Shown here piece after piece: positions 40,587 to 51,801 of a DNA stretch of 64,000 nucleotides. The first letter of the stretch is position 1, and each line of letters begins with the position of its first letter. The notes below the pieces were generated by a model, which was not told the DNA's origin, did no database searches, and saw only the letters and a program-made list of their open reading frames with translations. Made by a program: the position numbers and the translations under genes. This stretch comes from Opitutales bacterium (GTDB lineage Bacteria; Verrucomicrobiota; Verrucomicrobiia; Opitutales; PNEW01): contig CBDANS010000007.1 of assembly GCA_965197745.1 (NCBI GenBank), forward strand, positions 1,088,001 through 1,152,000. The letters are read 5' to 3'.

Positions 40587-41159
40587 TTAGCTCGATCCTC
40601 TCAACCCGATTGCGTCAGCAACAGAGATCATCCCTTCTATAACATTGGCGATGTGCTGGTCGAACGCTATCCGGAGTTCTTCAGTGCCCTGGAGAATATC
40701 ACCACGATTGATGGTGCGCGCGAAAGACTTATCCTTCATTTTCTTTTTCACCGACTTTACGGTAAGGGTATGAAGGGATCGGTCGGGACGCACCAGCGTT
40801 GCGGCCGAAATTAATCCGGTCAATTCATCCGAGGCAAATAAGGTCTTTGCCAATAATGTTTTTCGTTCAACCCCGGAATAGGTGGCGTGGCCGAGAATGG
40901 CTTCGATCATGGTTTCCGGGTAATCGCGTTCCTCGAGAATTTTACAGCCGACAAAAGGATGTCCGTCTTTATCCAAATTGGGATATTGTTCGTAATCGAA
41001 ATCGTGCAGCAATCCGGTGTTGCCCCATAGTCCTTCATCTTCACCGAAGTGCCGCGCGTACCAACGCATGGCGGCTTCAACGGCCAGGGCATGCTTTATC
41101 AGACTTTCGCTTTTCGTGTATTCAGTGAGTAGCGCAAAAGCGTCGGCACGAGTTTTCAT
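40587..41159 (-). CDS. HD-domain hydrolase
   Basis: KHALAVE, LLHDFD, ASDEL. Confidence 0.85.
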   Translation of the reverse strand: MKTRADAFALLTEYTKSESLIKHALAVEAAMRWYARHFGEDEGLWGNTGLLHDFDYEQYPNLDKDGHPFVGCKILEERDYPETMIEAILGHATYSGVERKTLLAKTLFASDELTGLISAATLVRPDRSLHTLTVKSVKKKMKDKSFARTINRGDILQGTEELRIAFDQHIANVIEGMISVADAIGLRGSS

Positions 41160-41348
41160 TGAGAGGAAATTAATATAAGAAATCAGGTAAGGCCGACTTA
41201 TATTGCTTCGGCGGTGATGTCAATTAACCAGTCTGGCCAATTTATGGTCATTCAGTTGCAACCGCTTTTTTAAAAGCGGCCATCGTATTCTCCGGAGCGT
41301 AAGCACTGGCTCCACGATGGGCAATAAAATGAAAAGGGTGGCTAATCT

Positions 41349-41762
41349 TCACGGAGCGGCCCAGATTACTTCTCCCTTCATGTCATAGAGCTTTAAATGG
41401 TGAATATCTTTAACCTGCCAAAGCGAGGTGCGGGTAATATTGTTTTCGTCTTTGAAAGTGAGGGTTGATCCGTCTTTAAACTGACCTAAACTGGTACTCA
41501 CTCTTCCCGTATCGTCATAGAAAGCGAATTCAGCTCCTCCCTGATTTTGCAGAAGGGAGACACGGATATTATCATTTTTATCCACGAGATGCAGACTCTC
41601 GGTTTCTAATAGTTTGAATGGCAGTTCTCCCACGCGTAAGGCAAACACGATTCCATAAAGGGCAATCGCACCCAGGATTACGGCGATAGCGAGACTTATA
41701 GCAAGCCACCTATTATGGCGCTCTAATTTTTCTAATCGCAATTCGATTTTTTGGGTATCCAT
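41349..41762 (-). CDS. Hypothetical membrane-anchored protein
   Basis: Coiled coil plus TM, then repeated L.D..G..R..L beta motifs. Confidence 0.6.
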   Translation of the reverse strand: MDTQKIELRLEKLERHNRWLAISLAIAVILGAIALYGIVFALRVGELPFKLLETESLHLVDKNDNIRVSLLQNQGGAEFAFYDDTGRVSTSLGQFKDGSTLTFKDENNITRTSLWQVKDIHHLKLYDMKGEVIWAAP

Positions 41763-41863
41763 AACTAATACTCTTTATTTGATTAAACAGGTTGAGTCCG
41801 ACTTCATGCAGAATGACACAACCCAATTGTTGAAAAGGAATTCTAATAACTAATTGATTGCAC

Positions 41864-42229
41864 CTATTGGTCGTATACAACGAACGATCCATCGGATTTA
41901 CTAATAGAAATAGAAGTAAACCCGACAATAATAGGAAAGAGGGATGGATAATGTTCTCCCGCTGCAGACTGAGGCACTAATTTCATATAGAGTGTGGGGT
42001 CTGATCCTATGAGATCGGTTTGAAAAGCAGATGTTCTGCCCACCTTTATAAAAAACTGGTCCGCCGCCGAGGCAATCTGCCGGAGATTGTTTTTTATGGT
42101 CTTTTCCTGTGAACTTAATCGAGCCTTATTAAAGGCCGGAATCGCAATTGAGGCCAGTAAACCGATAATAACCACGACAATCATTATTTCTACAAGAGTA
42201 AACCCCTTATTCATAGCTTCATCTTTCAT
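41864..42229 (-). CDS. Type IV pilin-like protein
   Basis: KGFTLVEIMIVVVIIGLLASIAIP prepilin motif. Confidence 0.9.
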   Translation of the reverse strand: MKDEAMNKGFTLVEIMIVVVIIGLLASIAIPAFNKARLSSQEKTIKNNLRQIASAADQFFIKVGRTSAFQTDLIGSDPTLYMKLVPQSAAGEHYPSLFPIIVGFTSISISKSDGSFVVYDQ

Positions 42230-42402
42230 TATATTCTCCTTGGTATTTATAGGATACAGATAAATAATTTACATAAAAAGTATCCATTTTAATCTTTAAA
42301 TAACTAATTGCAAATTTTTAAGAGTAGTTCATTTTTATAATTATTTAACAAAAAATAAATTGTGATAATCGTAGCGATGCATATGACTGGGAAGTAACTT
42401 TA

Positions 42403-42780
42403 ATGAAAAAAATATATATCGTAGAAGACGATGCGGACAGTGCCGCTTTAATTAAAGAAATTCTCTCTGTTGATTTTGATACAGTATTATATACAAACGG
42501 AGGGGATCTTATAGAATTTTTAAATCAACCTGATACGGTTGCCCCCGATCTATTTGTTCTCGATATCAGTTTACCGGGGATGGACGGAGTCACGCTCTTA
42601 CGGAAAATCCGTGATGAAGATTCATATAAAAATATCCCTGCGCTCGCTTTAACCGCGCACGCCATGAAGGGTGACAAAGAATCTTTTCTTCAGTCCGGAT
42701 TTAATGCTTATATGAGCAAACCGATTGTTGATATTGATGGGCTGATCAATGCGGTTAAGAGAATGATCGATGGCAATTAG
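42403..42780 (+). CDS. Single-domain response regulator (DivK-like)
   Basis: VEDD, LDISLPGMDG, LTAHAM, SKP. Confidence 0.9.
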   Translation: MKKIYIVEDDADSAALIKEILSVDFDTVLYTNGGDLIEFLNQPDTVAPDLFVLDISLPGMDGVTLLRKIRDEDSYKNIPALALTAHAMKGDKESFLQSGFNAYMSKPIVDIDGLINAVKRMIDGN

Positions 42781-43069
42781 ATAAGGCCATTTAAGGCGTT
42801 CACCTTAAAAATACCCGTTTACCGCTTACCCTGTATTATTGCCTTGAATTCTGCCCCGTCCTTGTCAGGCAATTTGATATGCAAAAGGAAGCTATCCGGG
42901 GGTAATTCCATCAACCCTGCTTATATAGCCGAAAAATGAAGCGTCTGTATCAACCCATTTGACCCCGTAAAATTCAGATGTAATTTGATCAGGACTTGAG
43001 CGGTGTCTCGATCGGCTTCCCCTTAAAAACGCTTTTCAGGATATGACCTAAGCGTTGTGCCATTAAGCA

Positions 43070-43487
43070 TTAAGTTTGCTTGCTGAATTTATGCTTGTGA
43101 AAGACAGAACTGAAATAGTGTTTACCGCTCGTGACTTTTTTTATGGCGTAAACAATTTCTTCAATTCTCGACCCCTTAATTATATGACCATCCACTTTAC
43201 CTTGTAGGGTTATGGCGATAGTATCTTTGTCATCTTTAACTGAATAAAGCATGAATTTTGATTGAGGTAGATTGACTTTAAAATGATTCAAAAGTTCTGC
43301 TCCGTCAGCGTCGGGAAGATTTAAATCCATAATTACCAGGTCGGGATCAAGAACTATACATTCTTTCATCGCTTTCTGTCCATTATCAGCTGTCCCGATG
43401 ACAAAGTGCTCTGCGATACATTCCTTGACGACCATGGCAAGCATTTCCAGCTGATGTACGTTTTCTGCAATTATGTATATCTATCCA
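43070..43487 (-). CDS. Receiver-domain response regulator; N-terminus appears to be frameshifted near 43480
   Basis: PDLVIMDLNLPDADG; upstream in-frame IYIIAEN beta-1 strand is preceded by an out-of-frame ATG. Confidence 0.7.
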
Positions 43488-44075
43488 TCAACGATTTGAG
43501 TAATAATGTGCGTTTAAAGGGTTTAAACAATAATTGTATTCCTGTTTGTACCAATAAAAAAACATGTTTATTTCCAATTAAAGCGGTAAACGGTACAAGT
43601 ATATAAATATTTTTTAGGGAAAGTTGGATTTAATCTTCGATCTAAACAGTTACTTTCAAACGTTTAAGAGTAGTTTTTAACGATTGAAGCTTATCATTAA
43701 CTAATGGCGCTATGCAACCCCTTAAAACCTGATTCCTTTTCTACTTTCAGGTGCTGGCCGGGGATGTTATAGAGAGAATCCACGATTACAGGCAATAGTG
43801 ATTGCGGTTGCGGACCCACGAGGAGTCTGAATCCGTCCGATTCGTTGAGAAACTGTTATTTTTCGGTGCATCAAATCCATCAGAGAACCTGTGGACCCCT
43901 TTTTTGAGAAAAACGCATATCTTGCGTTCTTCAGGTCCTGTCATCTACAGGATTTCCCGTAGAAGAATTACTAGAATATACCTATACAATTGCAGGTTTT
44001 CACGGATACCAAAAAGGGCTCCTCTATGAGATAATAGATGAAAAGCTAAAAATCAATTTTGAATAAGCAATCAAC

Positions 44076-44574
44076 ATGAACATTCATCAAACTCAATTTA
44101 ATAAATATCCCCGGAAGGAGAATATGTCAGCTCTGTCAGCCAGGGATGATAGCTTCACCGGGGATTCAGGCTTTACCCTGGTAGAGATGATAATGGCCGT
44201 AATGATAATGGCGGTCGTATTTACGGGGTCTTTTACATGCCTGGGGCAGGGCTTCTCGATCATTGAAAATGCAAGAGATACACCGGAGGTTATCGCAAGT
44301 CCTTCAGAGCGAACTCGAGGACTGCAGAAGCCTTAACTGGACGGCAATCGCGGGCATGGCAACACCGGCGACCTTTGAAGTGCAATCAAATTTCAGTGAT
44401 ACATTCGGTGATCGTTACACATGCACCCGTGTCATAGAAGATCTCAAAGCTGACCAGAAAAAGATTACGGTTACAGCCACCTGGACAGATTTAAAAGGAA
44501 AAAATCATGATCTGACTTATTTCACCTACATAACGAAAGAAGGGTTATATGACTACTACTACAAATCATTCTAA
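44076..44574 (+). CDS. Prepilin-type (PilV-like) protein, frameshifted near 44282
   Basis: GFTLVEMIMAV in ORF 44076; continues RRLSQVLQSELE in ORF 44263. Confidence 0.75.
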
Positions 44575-45103
44575 TAAAAGAAGTAATTCTAAAAAAAGAG
44601 GTTATACCTTAATCGAAATCATGGTTTCGATGAGTATCATGTCTCTGGTTTTAACCGGAGTGACCTCAAGTTTTACATTTCTGACAAAAACCGCCCTGGG
44701 ACTGGGCAATTATGTGATCATGAATCAGGACAGTCGCGTGGGTTTGGAACTCTTATCCAGGGATATTCGAATGGCGAGTGACATCAATTTCATGGATGAT
44801 GATAATTTGACGATCACGGTGCCTGTTGGTGGCGGAGGAACTACGGTCATCGACTATTCCTACGAGGCAGAGCAAGGGCTCGTTAACCGCGAAGAAGGTG
44901 GAGAAACAACAACTATATTAAAAGATATAGAAGATTTTGATTTTAATTATTATACCTTCCTCAGCGTAGAGACTGCGAATATATTGGAAGTAAAGGAAGT
45001 ACAAGTTGAAGCTAAAATGGTAAAAGAAATTTATAACATGGAAAACACCAGCCACCTTATATCCGCGCGTTATTTAATGCGCAATAAAATCGTCAACAAC
45101 TGA
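44549..45103 (+). CDS. Prepilin-type (PilW-like) protein
   Basis: RGYTLIEIMVSM, LSRDIRMA. Confidence 0.8.
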   Translation: MTTTTNHSNKRSNSKKRGYTLIEIMVSMSIMSLVLTGVTSSFTFLTKTALGLGNYVIMNQDSRVGLELLSRDIRMASDINFMDDDNLTITVPVGGGGTTVIDYSYEAEQGLVNREEGGETTTILKDIEDFDFNYYTFLSVETANILEVKEVQVEAKMVKEIYNMENTSHLISARYLMRNKIVNN

Positions 45104-45110
45104 TAAAGTC

Positions 45111-46457
45111 ATGAATAAAAGCACATTTCCCGTAAAGAAAGATCGTGGATCAGCCCTCGTCGCGGCAATTATTTTTGCCTTATTAACAGGAGCCCTGGTT
45201 GGCAGTTTTCTAAAATTATCTTCCAACGAATATAGAAGTTCAGCTTCGGCATTTTATTATAATTCCCTGCTTAATCTTGCAGAGTCAGGAGCAGAAGAGG
45301 CAGCATGGTGCCTTAACAGCAATGACTGGGATGGGTGGGAAGAAAAGCTCGCCTTACACCAGTACGTGCAATTTGCCGATTTAGATGTGGGCCCTGATGT
45401 GGTCGGAGGTATCAGAGTCGTTGCCATAAACTATGACTCCGATACACCCACTCTCATTGTCGAGGGCAAAGCACAGTTGCCATCCAATAGAGCGATTGCA
45501 AAACAAATAGAAATTGAACTTTCGAAACGATCGCTGTTCGCCAATGGGTTGACGGCAAAAGATACCCTTACTTTTTCCGGGGGTAATGCCACTGTCGACA
45601 GTTATGATTCAAGCGTCGGCGAATATGACAGTTTTTTTAATCGCAATGACAATGGCAGTATCGCCAGTCTTTCGGTTGTTGTCGATGCGGTAGATGTCGC
45701 CAATGCGGACATCTATGGTTATGTAGCTACGGGTGGTTCCGACCCCGGAATAGGTCCGAATGGAAAAATTTATGGAGAAGACACCCCGGAAGAGGTGGAT
45801 GTCGATTTAAATCGGATTACCACCGATTTCTATGCCGAATTTAAAAATATCGATGCCCCGGCATTGGTCTCACCCGACACGGCGCTGGAAATAAGCGGCA
45901 CCCATACCATCGGTGACCAGAGTGGTTTTACGGAGGAACATTATCACCTGGATTCTCTGGATATAAATTCCAACGAGACGCTTATCATCGATGGCCCCGT
46001 TGTCATTGTTATCGATGATTTTGTCGATATAGATGGTGATATACAGATTACAGAATATGGTTCCGTAACTTTTTATGTCGAAGGTGATTTTGATATCGGG
46101 GGTAATGGTACTGTGAATAATACAAACTCACCCACGAGTTTTGTTCTCTACGGGACGAATGATACTCCTGGAGGACAGGAAATTAATTTACATGGCAATG
46201 GCGCAATGCGTGGAGCAGTTTATGCTCCCAATGCCGATCTCTCATTAAGTGGTGGCGGCAATTCAGGAGAATTTCTCGGGGCAGCCGTGGCCAACGAGAT
46301 ATCGATCAATGGCAATTATGACTTCCATTATGATGAACAACTGGAAAACTTTTTGGGGTCCGACCCCTCCTATAAAATGACATCATGGCGGGAGTTGATC
46401 GACAGCGCCGATCGTGTCCCCTTCGATGATATTGATAATTACCTGGCTACTCTCTAA
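45111..46457 (+). CDS. PilX-like protein with large acidic C-terminal domain
   Basis: RGSALV, LAESGAEEA, DSYDSS, GAVYAPNA, FHYDE. Confidence 0.75.
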   Translation: MNKSTFPVKKDRGSALVAAIIFALLTGALVGSFLKLSSNEYRSSASAFYYNSLLNLAESGAEEAAWCLNSNDWDGWEEKLALHQYVQFADLDVGPDVVGGIRVVAINYDSDTPTLIVEGKAQLPSNRAIAKQIEIELSKRSLFANGLTAKDTLTFSGGNATVDSYDSSVGEYDSFFNRNDNGSIASLSVVVDAVDVANADIYGYVATGGSDPGIGPNGKIYGEDTPEEVDVDLNRITTDFYAEFKNIDAPALVSPDTALEISGTHTIGDQSGFTEEHYHLDSLDINSNETLIIDGPVVIVIDDFVDIDGDIQITEYGSVTFYVEGDFDIGGNGTVNNTNSPTSFVLYGTNDTPGGQEINLHGNGAMRGAVYAPNADLSLSGGGNSGEFLGAAVANEISINGNYDFHYDEQLENFLGSDPSYKMTSWRELIDSADRVPFDDIDNYLATL

Positions 46458-46524
46458 TTTTATTCGAAAGCGAATTTGATCCACGGTGCGATAGGATCAA
46501 TTGCGGATATGGATAGAGCTAAGC

Positions 46525-47295
46525 TTATCGGGGCCGAAGCCTGAGTATTTCACTGCAAAGTTCATCGTATTCCTGCGCCCCTCGTGAGCTGCGCGCGTAT
46601 TGAAGAACAGTTTTAGCAGCCAGATTAGCCTGGTTGAGCGATTCGCTTTTTGAAATAACCGTTTTGAGAAGACGCCGTTTGTGTTTATCCAGGTGTTCTT
46701 CCACGAGGGAATTGGTGCGCGTCGTTCTACTGTCAAACATGGTTGTCAGGATACGGTAGGAGACTCCATCTTCATCGCGGAGTTCCTGGGCGGTTTCGAG
46801 GAGAGAATCTATTCCGTTTACCGCGCCTACTCCCGGTTGAACAGGAATGAGCAAAAGGTCCCCTGCGATGATGGCATTATAGGCGAGAATGCCGAGGACA
46901 GGGGGGCAATCAATGATAATGTATTCGTAATCTTCGACCAGCCACTCCAGAGCTCGTGAGAGGCGCTCTTCGCGGCGGATACGTGTCGAGAGAAGCTCTG
47001 CCGCTTCCGTGAGTCCCGAACCGGAAGGCACCAGTTCCAGATTTGAAATATCTGTTGTCATAACAGAACGAGGGGCCTGTGAGGGGCGGTCCATGATTAG
47101 ATCACTGACGCTTTTTTCAGGTTCTTCGTCGTGGAAACAACGGGTGGCATGCGCTTGAGGGTCCAGGTCGATGAGCAGGGTATTTCGGTCTCTGCCTGCC
47201 AGACAGGCAGCTAAATTAATCGCGGTGGTCGTCTTGCCGACACCCCCCTTGCTGTTGGTGATAGGAATTATAATGGCTTGATCTCTGGTTGTCAT
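46525..47295 (-). CDS. ParA/Soj-family ATPase (no adjacent parB)
   Basis: KGGVGKTT, DLDPQ, DCPP. Confidence 0.9.
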   Translation of the reverse strand: MTTRDQAIIIPITNSKGGVGKTTTAINLAACLAGRDRNTLLIDLDPQAHATRCFHDEEPEKSVSDLIMDRPSQAPRSVMTTDISNLELVPSGSGLTEAAELLSTRIRREERLSRALEWLVEDYEYIIIDCPPVLGILAYNAIIAGDLLLIPVQPGVGAVNGIDSLLETAQELRDEDGVSYRILTTMFDSRTTRTNSLVEEHLDKHKRRLLKTVISKSESLNQANLAAKTVLQYARSSRGAQEYDELCSEILRLRPR

Positions 47296-47677
47296 TCGAG
47301 GGTATTCATCTTGGGTTCTTACTTTGCATCCGTCAAGCCGTCCATAAACACGAGTCCCTCATGATCTGCTCCGCGCAGCCTGGGGTTGGGAAAAATCCCA
47401 CGAGTGAGAGCATCTGGTCGAGATTAGCTCAATGTAGTCTATCTGTCCGTCCGATTAAAAGGGACTGATTCAGGTAATACAGGGGTAGGGACAGAGCTGT
47501 ATCTGTAATAATGGATACCTGATGACAGTTTATATCCTAAAAGGCAGTGGCGGAACCACAAGCACAGGGATAATTGAAAAAGACGGGTGGAATAATTGAC
47601 CACATCTATTAATGATTGACTTAGGGAATAGCGAAAGGCTTCTATACCCTATTAATTGAGACTCACCCTATCGATGT

Positions 47678-48169
47678 ATGGTTAATAAAATTACAGATGC
47701 CGTCAGTTTGAGTTTTCTGAAATCCCACGCATTATTCGGGGGAATTGAGGACGAAGACTTAATATTTTTCCTCTCTTTAATGGAACAGTTAAATTATCCA
47801 GCAGGTGATGAAATAGTTCGTGAAGGAGAAGTGGGAGACAGCCTCTTTTTAATTGTCGAGGGATCAGTGGAAATACTCAAAGAAGTTTCGACTTCCGCAG
47901 AACATTCAAAAGAAAAATTAGCCACCCTGGGAATGGGGGAAACCTTCGGTGAAATGGCGATAATTGATCTGCAAAAACGGTCTGCCACAGTTAAATCCTT
48001 GGAGGATACAATTGTCCTTAGTTTTTCACATAAAGATTTATTCAATATAACTAAGACCAATCCCAAAATATATACTATCATTATTATGAATTTAGCACGT
48101 GAGATCAGCAGGCGACTTCGCGTTATGGATGATCGCTATGCTATAGCCCTGTATTCACTTAAGCATTAA
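47678..48169 (+). CDS. Cyclic-nucleotide-binding domain protein
   Basis: FGEMAIID..RSATV. Confidence 0.88.
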   Translation: MVNKITDAVSLSFLKSHALFGGIEDEDLIFFLSLMEQLNYPAGDEIVREGEVGDSLFLIVEGSVEILKEVSTSAEHSKEKLATLGMGETFGEMAIIDLQKRSATVKSLEDTIVLSFSHKDLFNITKTNPKIYTIIIMNLAREISRRLRVMDDRYAIALYSLKH

Positions 48170-48221
48170 TTATGATTAAGTGCCGACGGTATATTTTCGA
48201 ATTAACTTAATTAAGCAAAAT

Positions 48222-48695
48222 ATGGAAAAAGCAACATTTGGAGCAGGATGCTTTTGGGGGGTTGAAGCTACGTTCAACCAGGTAAGTGGTGTGATTTCAG
48301 CAACCGTGGGTTACACCGGTGGGACTTTAGAAAATCCTACTTATGAAGATGTCTGTTCACATCAAAGCGGGCATGCAGAGGTCGTAGAATTAGAGTACGA
48401 TCCGACCGTGGTCACTTATGAAGGTTTACTGGATATATTCTGGAAAATGCACAACCCCACTACAAGAAACCGACAGGGCCCCGATGTCGGGTCCCAGTAC
48501 CGTTCGGCAATATATTATCACACTCCTGAACAGCAATCTACGGCCCTCGCCTCGAAAGAAAAGCTTGAAGCATCGGGAACCTATAACAGCCCGATCGTCA
48601 CGGAGATAACAGCTGCTCCAAAATTCTATAGAGGTGAAGAATACCATCAGAAATATTACGAAAAACATGGCATCAGTCACTGTAGGATAAGCTGA
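48222..48695 (+). CDS. msrA: Peptide methionine sulfoxide reductase A
   Basis: [24 protein letters not shown]. Confidence 0.95.
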   Translation: MEKATFGAGCFWGVEATFNQVSGVISATVGYTGGTLENPTYEDVCSHQSGHAEVVELEYDPTVVTYEGLLDIFWKMHNPTTRNRQGPDVGSQYRSAIYYHTPEQQSTALASKEKLEASGTYNSPIVTEITAAPKFYRGEEYHQKYYEKHGISHCRIS

Positions 48696-48784
48696 AAGAA
48701 AATATTTATATGCGATTGTGCACACGGAAATAAATTTCTGTCTAATTGATTGTTTTTATTTTTATATATTCGTAGGACTATTAA

Positions 48785-49999
48785 ATGAGTCAACTTGCCC
48801 TTAAAGGAGGAGACCCCTTAGTCGGTGATAAAAGAATCGGAGTAAAATGGCCAATAGCCGATGACACGGATCGGGAGGCATTAAATCGCGTCCTCGAAAG
48901 CGATACCTGGTGCTCAGGAATGCATGAGAAACAAACGGACGCGGAAGTCGGCAAGTTCGAAATAGCTTTTGCTGAGTATCAAGGGAGCAAATATGGGTGC
49001 GCCGTGACTAACGGGACCACGGCACTCTATGTCTCACTACGCGCGGGAGGCATCAAACCGGGCGATGAAGTCATTGTTCCCGCAGCCAGTTTCGTCGCCA
49101 CCGCTATAGCCGTCACCTTAAACGAAGCGATCCCGGTTTTTGTAGACGTGGATCTGGAGACTAATGGCCTTTTGCCAAAAGCTGCCGAGAGCGCGATTAC
49201 GGAAAAAACAAGAGCGATGATACCTGTTCACTCCTGTGGCTATCCTGTCGATATGGATGCCATCGGGCAGCTGGCAGAAAAACATGATCTATTTATTGTC
49301 GAAGATTGTGCGCATGTTCATGGAACAATATGGGATGGGCATAAATTTCCGGTAAGCGATTTCGGGGCCTTCAGTTTCCAGGAGGGAAAATTGATGACTG
49401 CAGGTGAGGGGGGTATGGTGCTTACGGATAATTATGATCACGCCGACAGGATTCACGCCATGTGCACGCATGGCCGTGTTCATGGTCATCCTTTCGGTGA
49501 CTACCATGAACTTGGGACAAATTTTCGGATGAATGAATTCCAGGGGGCCCTACTTATGGCGCAATTCGCGCGGTTGGAAGACCAGAATAAGCACCGCGAT
49601 GCCAACGCCACTTATCTCACGAAACGTCTTGATGATCTTCCTGGACTTCGTGCAATCAAGCGCGATCCGCGTCTTACGCTCTGGGGATTTTACCATTGGA
49701 ATTTTAAATTTCTGCCTGATCTCTGGGAAGGCATTACCCGGGATCAATTCGTTGAAGCCGCGATGGCCGAGGGCTTGCCTTTGGGGCCGGGTATGCAGGT
49801 AGAACAGATGTTCGAGTGCCCGCTTTACGCTGAGGGGAAAGCTCCTTCACGCATACACGACTGCCCCAATAGCTATGCTTGGAAAGAGGAAGCGCTTAAT
49901 TTCAGCCATCGTGTTTTCCTGGGGCCGCGTGAAGACATGGATCTGATATTCGCAACTTTTAAGAAAATCTGGGATAACCGGGATGAGCTGCGGGCTTGA
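48785..49999 (+). CDS. DegT/DnrJ/EryC1/StrS aminotransferase
   Basis: NGTTAL, EDCAH, FSFQEGK..GEGG, GTNFRM. Confidence 0.9.
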   Translation: MSQLALKGGDPLVGDKRIGVKWPIADDTDREALNRVLESDTWCSGMHEKQTDAEVGKFEIAFAEYQGSKYGCAVTNGTTALYVSLRAGGIKPGDEVIVPAASFVATAIAVTLNEAIPVFVDVDLETNGLLPKAAESAITEKTRAMIPVHSCGYPVDMDAIGQLAEKHDLFIVEDCAHVHGTIWDGHKFPVSDFGAFSFQEGKLMTAGEGGMVLTDNYDHADRIHAMCTHGRVHGHPFGDYHELGTNFRMNEFQGALLMAQFARLEDQNKHRDANATYLTKRLDDLPGLRAIKRDPRLTLWGFYHWNFKFLPDLWEGITRDQFVEAAMAEGLPLGPGMQVEQMFECPLYAEGKAPSRIHDCPNSYAWKEEALNFSHRVFLGPREDMDLIFATFKKIWDNRDELRA

Positions 50000-50020
50000 T
50001 CGATAGTCAGCAGACTTAAG

Positions 50021-50917
50021 ATGACCGACTCCACGATTAAGCCATATCGTAAAGGTAATCAAGGCACGCTTTCCAATGATCAGGTTAACTTTTATGACCT
50101 TGAAGGTTATCTCGTATTACCGTCTTTGCTCGATGAGAAAGATATGGCCGGTGTAATTGCTTCCATGGAGGAGCAAGTCGATGACATTGCCGATGACCTC
50201 TACCGGAGAGGAGTGATTAAAGATAAACGTGAACACAGTCCTTATGAATCGCGTTTAGCAGAGTTATTCGAGGGAAAAGAAGATGTGGAGTTCCTCAGAT
50301 ATGGTCGGGGCTGGCGCGATCGTCTGCCAGGTTACTTCGATTTAATGTCGAACCAGAAAATTTTAGATGTCATGGAATCACTCATTGGTGGAGAAATATT
50401 TTCCAATCCGGTGTATAATACGCGGCCAAAAGTTCCGGTTGTCGCCGCGGGAGTGGTGCCCTGGCACCAAGATAAATCATACTGGCTTAAATCGGATGCC
50501 GATCCCGTAATTACCGTATGGATTGCCCTGGTCGATGCGACTCGCGAAAATGGCTGCCTGCAGATCCTCCCGCGCTCTCATCTCAATGAAGTCCTTTCCT
50601 ATCATCGGGAATCCTATAGCGGCACACAGTACACGGAAATTGATCAAGAACATCTCAAAGATTGTCAGTCCTTGCCACTCCCCTTGAAAGCGGGTGGGGC
50701 CATCCTTTTTAACGACCGGTGCATTCACAATTCCACGCCAAACCTTAGTAAAACGGTACGCTGGAGTGTGGATTTACGTTACCAGCCTGCTGGTCAGGAC
50801 CCGATGATTGGGCATGGCATTGGTTTTCTTGCGCGTAGTCGTAAACATCCCGGACTTGTTGCCACGCTTGAGGATTGGCTCGCCTCACTAACTGAGCATA
50901 TTGCCCCCGGGAAATAA
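50021..50917 (+). CDS. PhyH-family Fe(II)/2OG dioxygenase
   Basis: PWHQD, WIALVDA..NGCL, IHNS, RWSVDLRYQ. Confidence 0.9.
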   Translation: MTDSTIKPYRKGNQGTLSNDQVNFYDLEGYLVLPSLLDEKDMAGVIASMEEQVDDIADDLYRRGVIKDKREHSPYESRLAELFEGKEDVEFLRYGRGWRDRLPGYFDLMSNQKILDVMESLIGGEIFSNPVYNTRPKVPVVAAGVVPWHQDKSYWLKSDADPVITVWIALVDATRENGCLQILPRSHLNEVLSYHRESYSGTQYTEIDQEHLKDCQSLPLPLKAGGAILFNDRCIHNSTPNLSKTVRWSVDLRYQPAGQDPMIGHGIGFLARSRKHPGLVATLEDWLASLTEHIAPGK

Positions 50918-51010
50918 CCTATTGGGGTTAACTAAAAGCTATTGCTTTATCACGCTTTTGGGATGATTTTATAGCTGAAAACCAGGATAAAATTATAAAA
51001 ATAGCGACAG

Positions 51011-51763
51011 ATGACGAAACTGAGCGTCAATCTTAACAAAATTGCCCTCTTACGAAATTCACGGGGGATTGACATTCCCGATGTTGTTAATGAAGGGCGT
51101 ATCTGTATTGATGCCGGAGCGCATGGTCTCACCGTTCATCCCCGCCCGGACCAACGCCATACCAAACCTTCTGATGTCTATGCTCTGTCAAAGCTGGTTT
51201 CCGAAAAAGACGGGATTGAATTTAATATTGAGGGCAACCCCTCTCAGGAATTCCTCGCACTTGTCAAAAAGGCTCAACCTGCGCAGTGCACCCTGGTCCC
51301 GGATGATCCCAACCAGCTTACTTCGGACCACGGTTGGGATTTAATTAATGATGGGGAGCCGCTGATTCCCATTATTAGAGAACTCCACGATTCAGGTATT
51401 CGCATAAGTGTGTTCATGGATCCGGTCGTGGAGCAGATCGAAAGAGCCAAGGCCATTGGGACGGATAGAATTGAGCTTTACACGCAACCATATGATGAGG
51501 CATATGGCGGCTCAAATGAGGATGAAGTGTTTTCTCAATTCGAAGCTGCGTCAAAGCACGCGCAATCGCTTGGATTGGGGGTCAATGCGGGGCATGACCT
51601 GAATCTGATGAACCTCGGTAAATTTTTAAAAATACCCGATATTCTTGAGGTTTCTATCGGTCACGCCCTGATAGCTGATGCGCTTCATTATGGATTGAAA
51701 AATGTTGTCAAAATGTATTTGAAAATTACCGAAACTGCAGCCAGTACCGCATTTGTTCCTTGA
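51011..51763 (+). CDS. pdxJ: Pyridoxine 5'-phosphate synthase
   Basis: SVNLNKIA, TVHPRPDQRH, NAGHDL, EVSIGHALI. Confidence 0.96.
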   Translation: MTKLSVNLNKIALLRNSRGIDIPDVVNEGRICIDAGAHGLTVHPRPDQRHTKPSDVYALSKLVSEKDGIEFNIEGNPSQEFLALVKKAQPAQCTLVPDDPNQLTSDHGWDLINDGEPLIPIIRELHDSGIRISVFMDPVVEQIERAKAIGTDRIELYTQPYDEAYGGSNEDEVFSQFEAASKHAQSLGLGVNAGHDLNLMNLGKFLKIPDILEVSIGHALIADALHYGLKNVVKMYLKITETAASTAFVP

Positions 51764-51801
51764 TGCTTTTGCTTTTGTAAAAAAAACCGCAGTTACGCTA
51801 G

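Noticed and set aside
46525..47295. Plasmid or prophage partition system
   Set aside because: Orphan ParA among chromosomal genes, with no parB, rep or phage genes nearby
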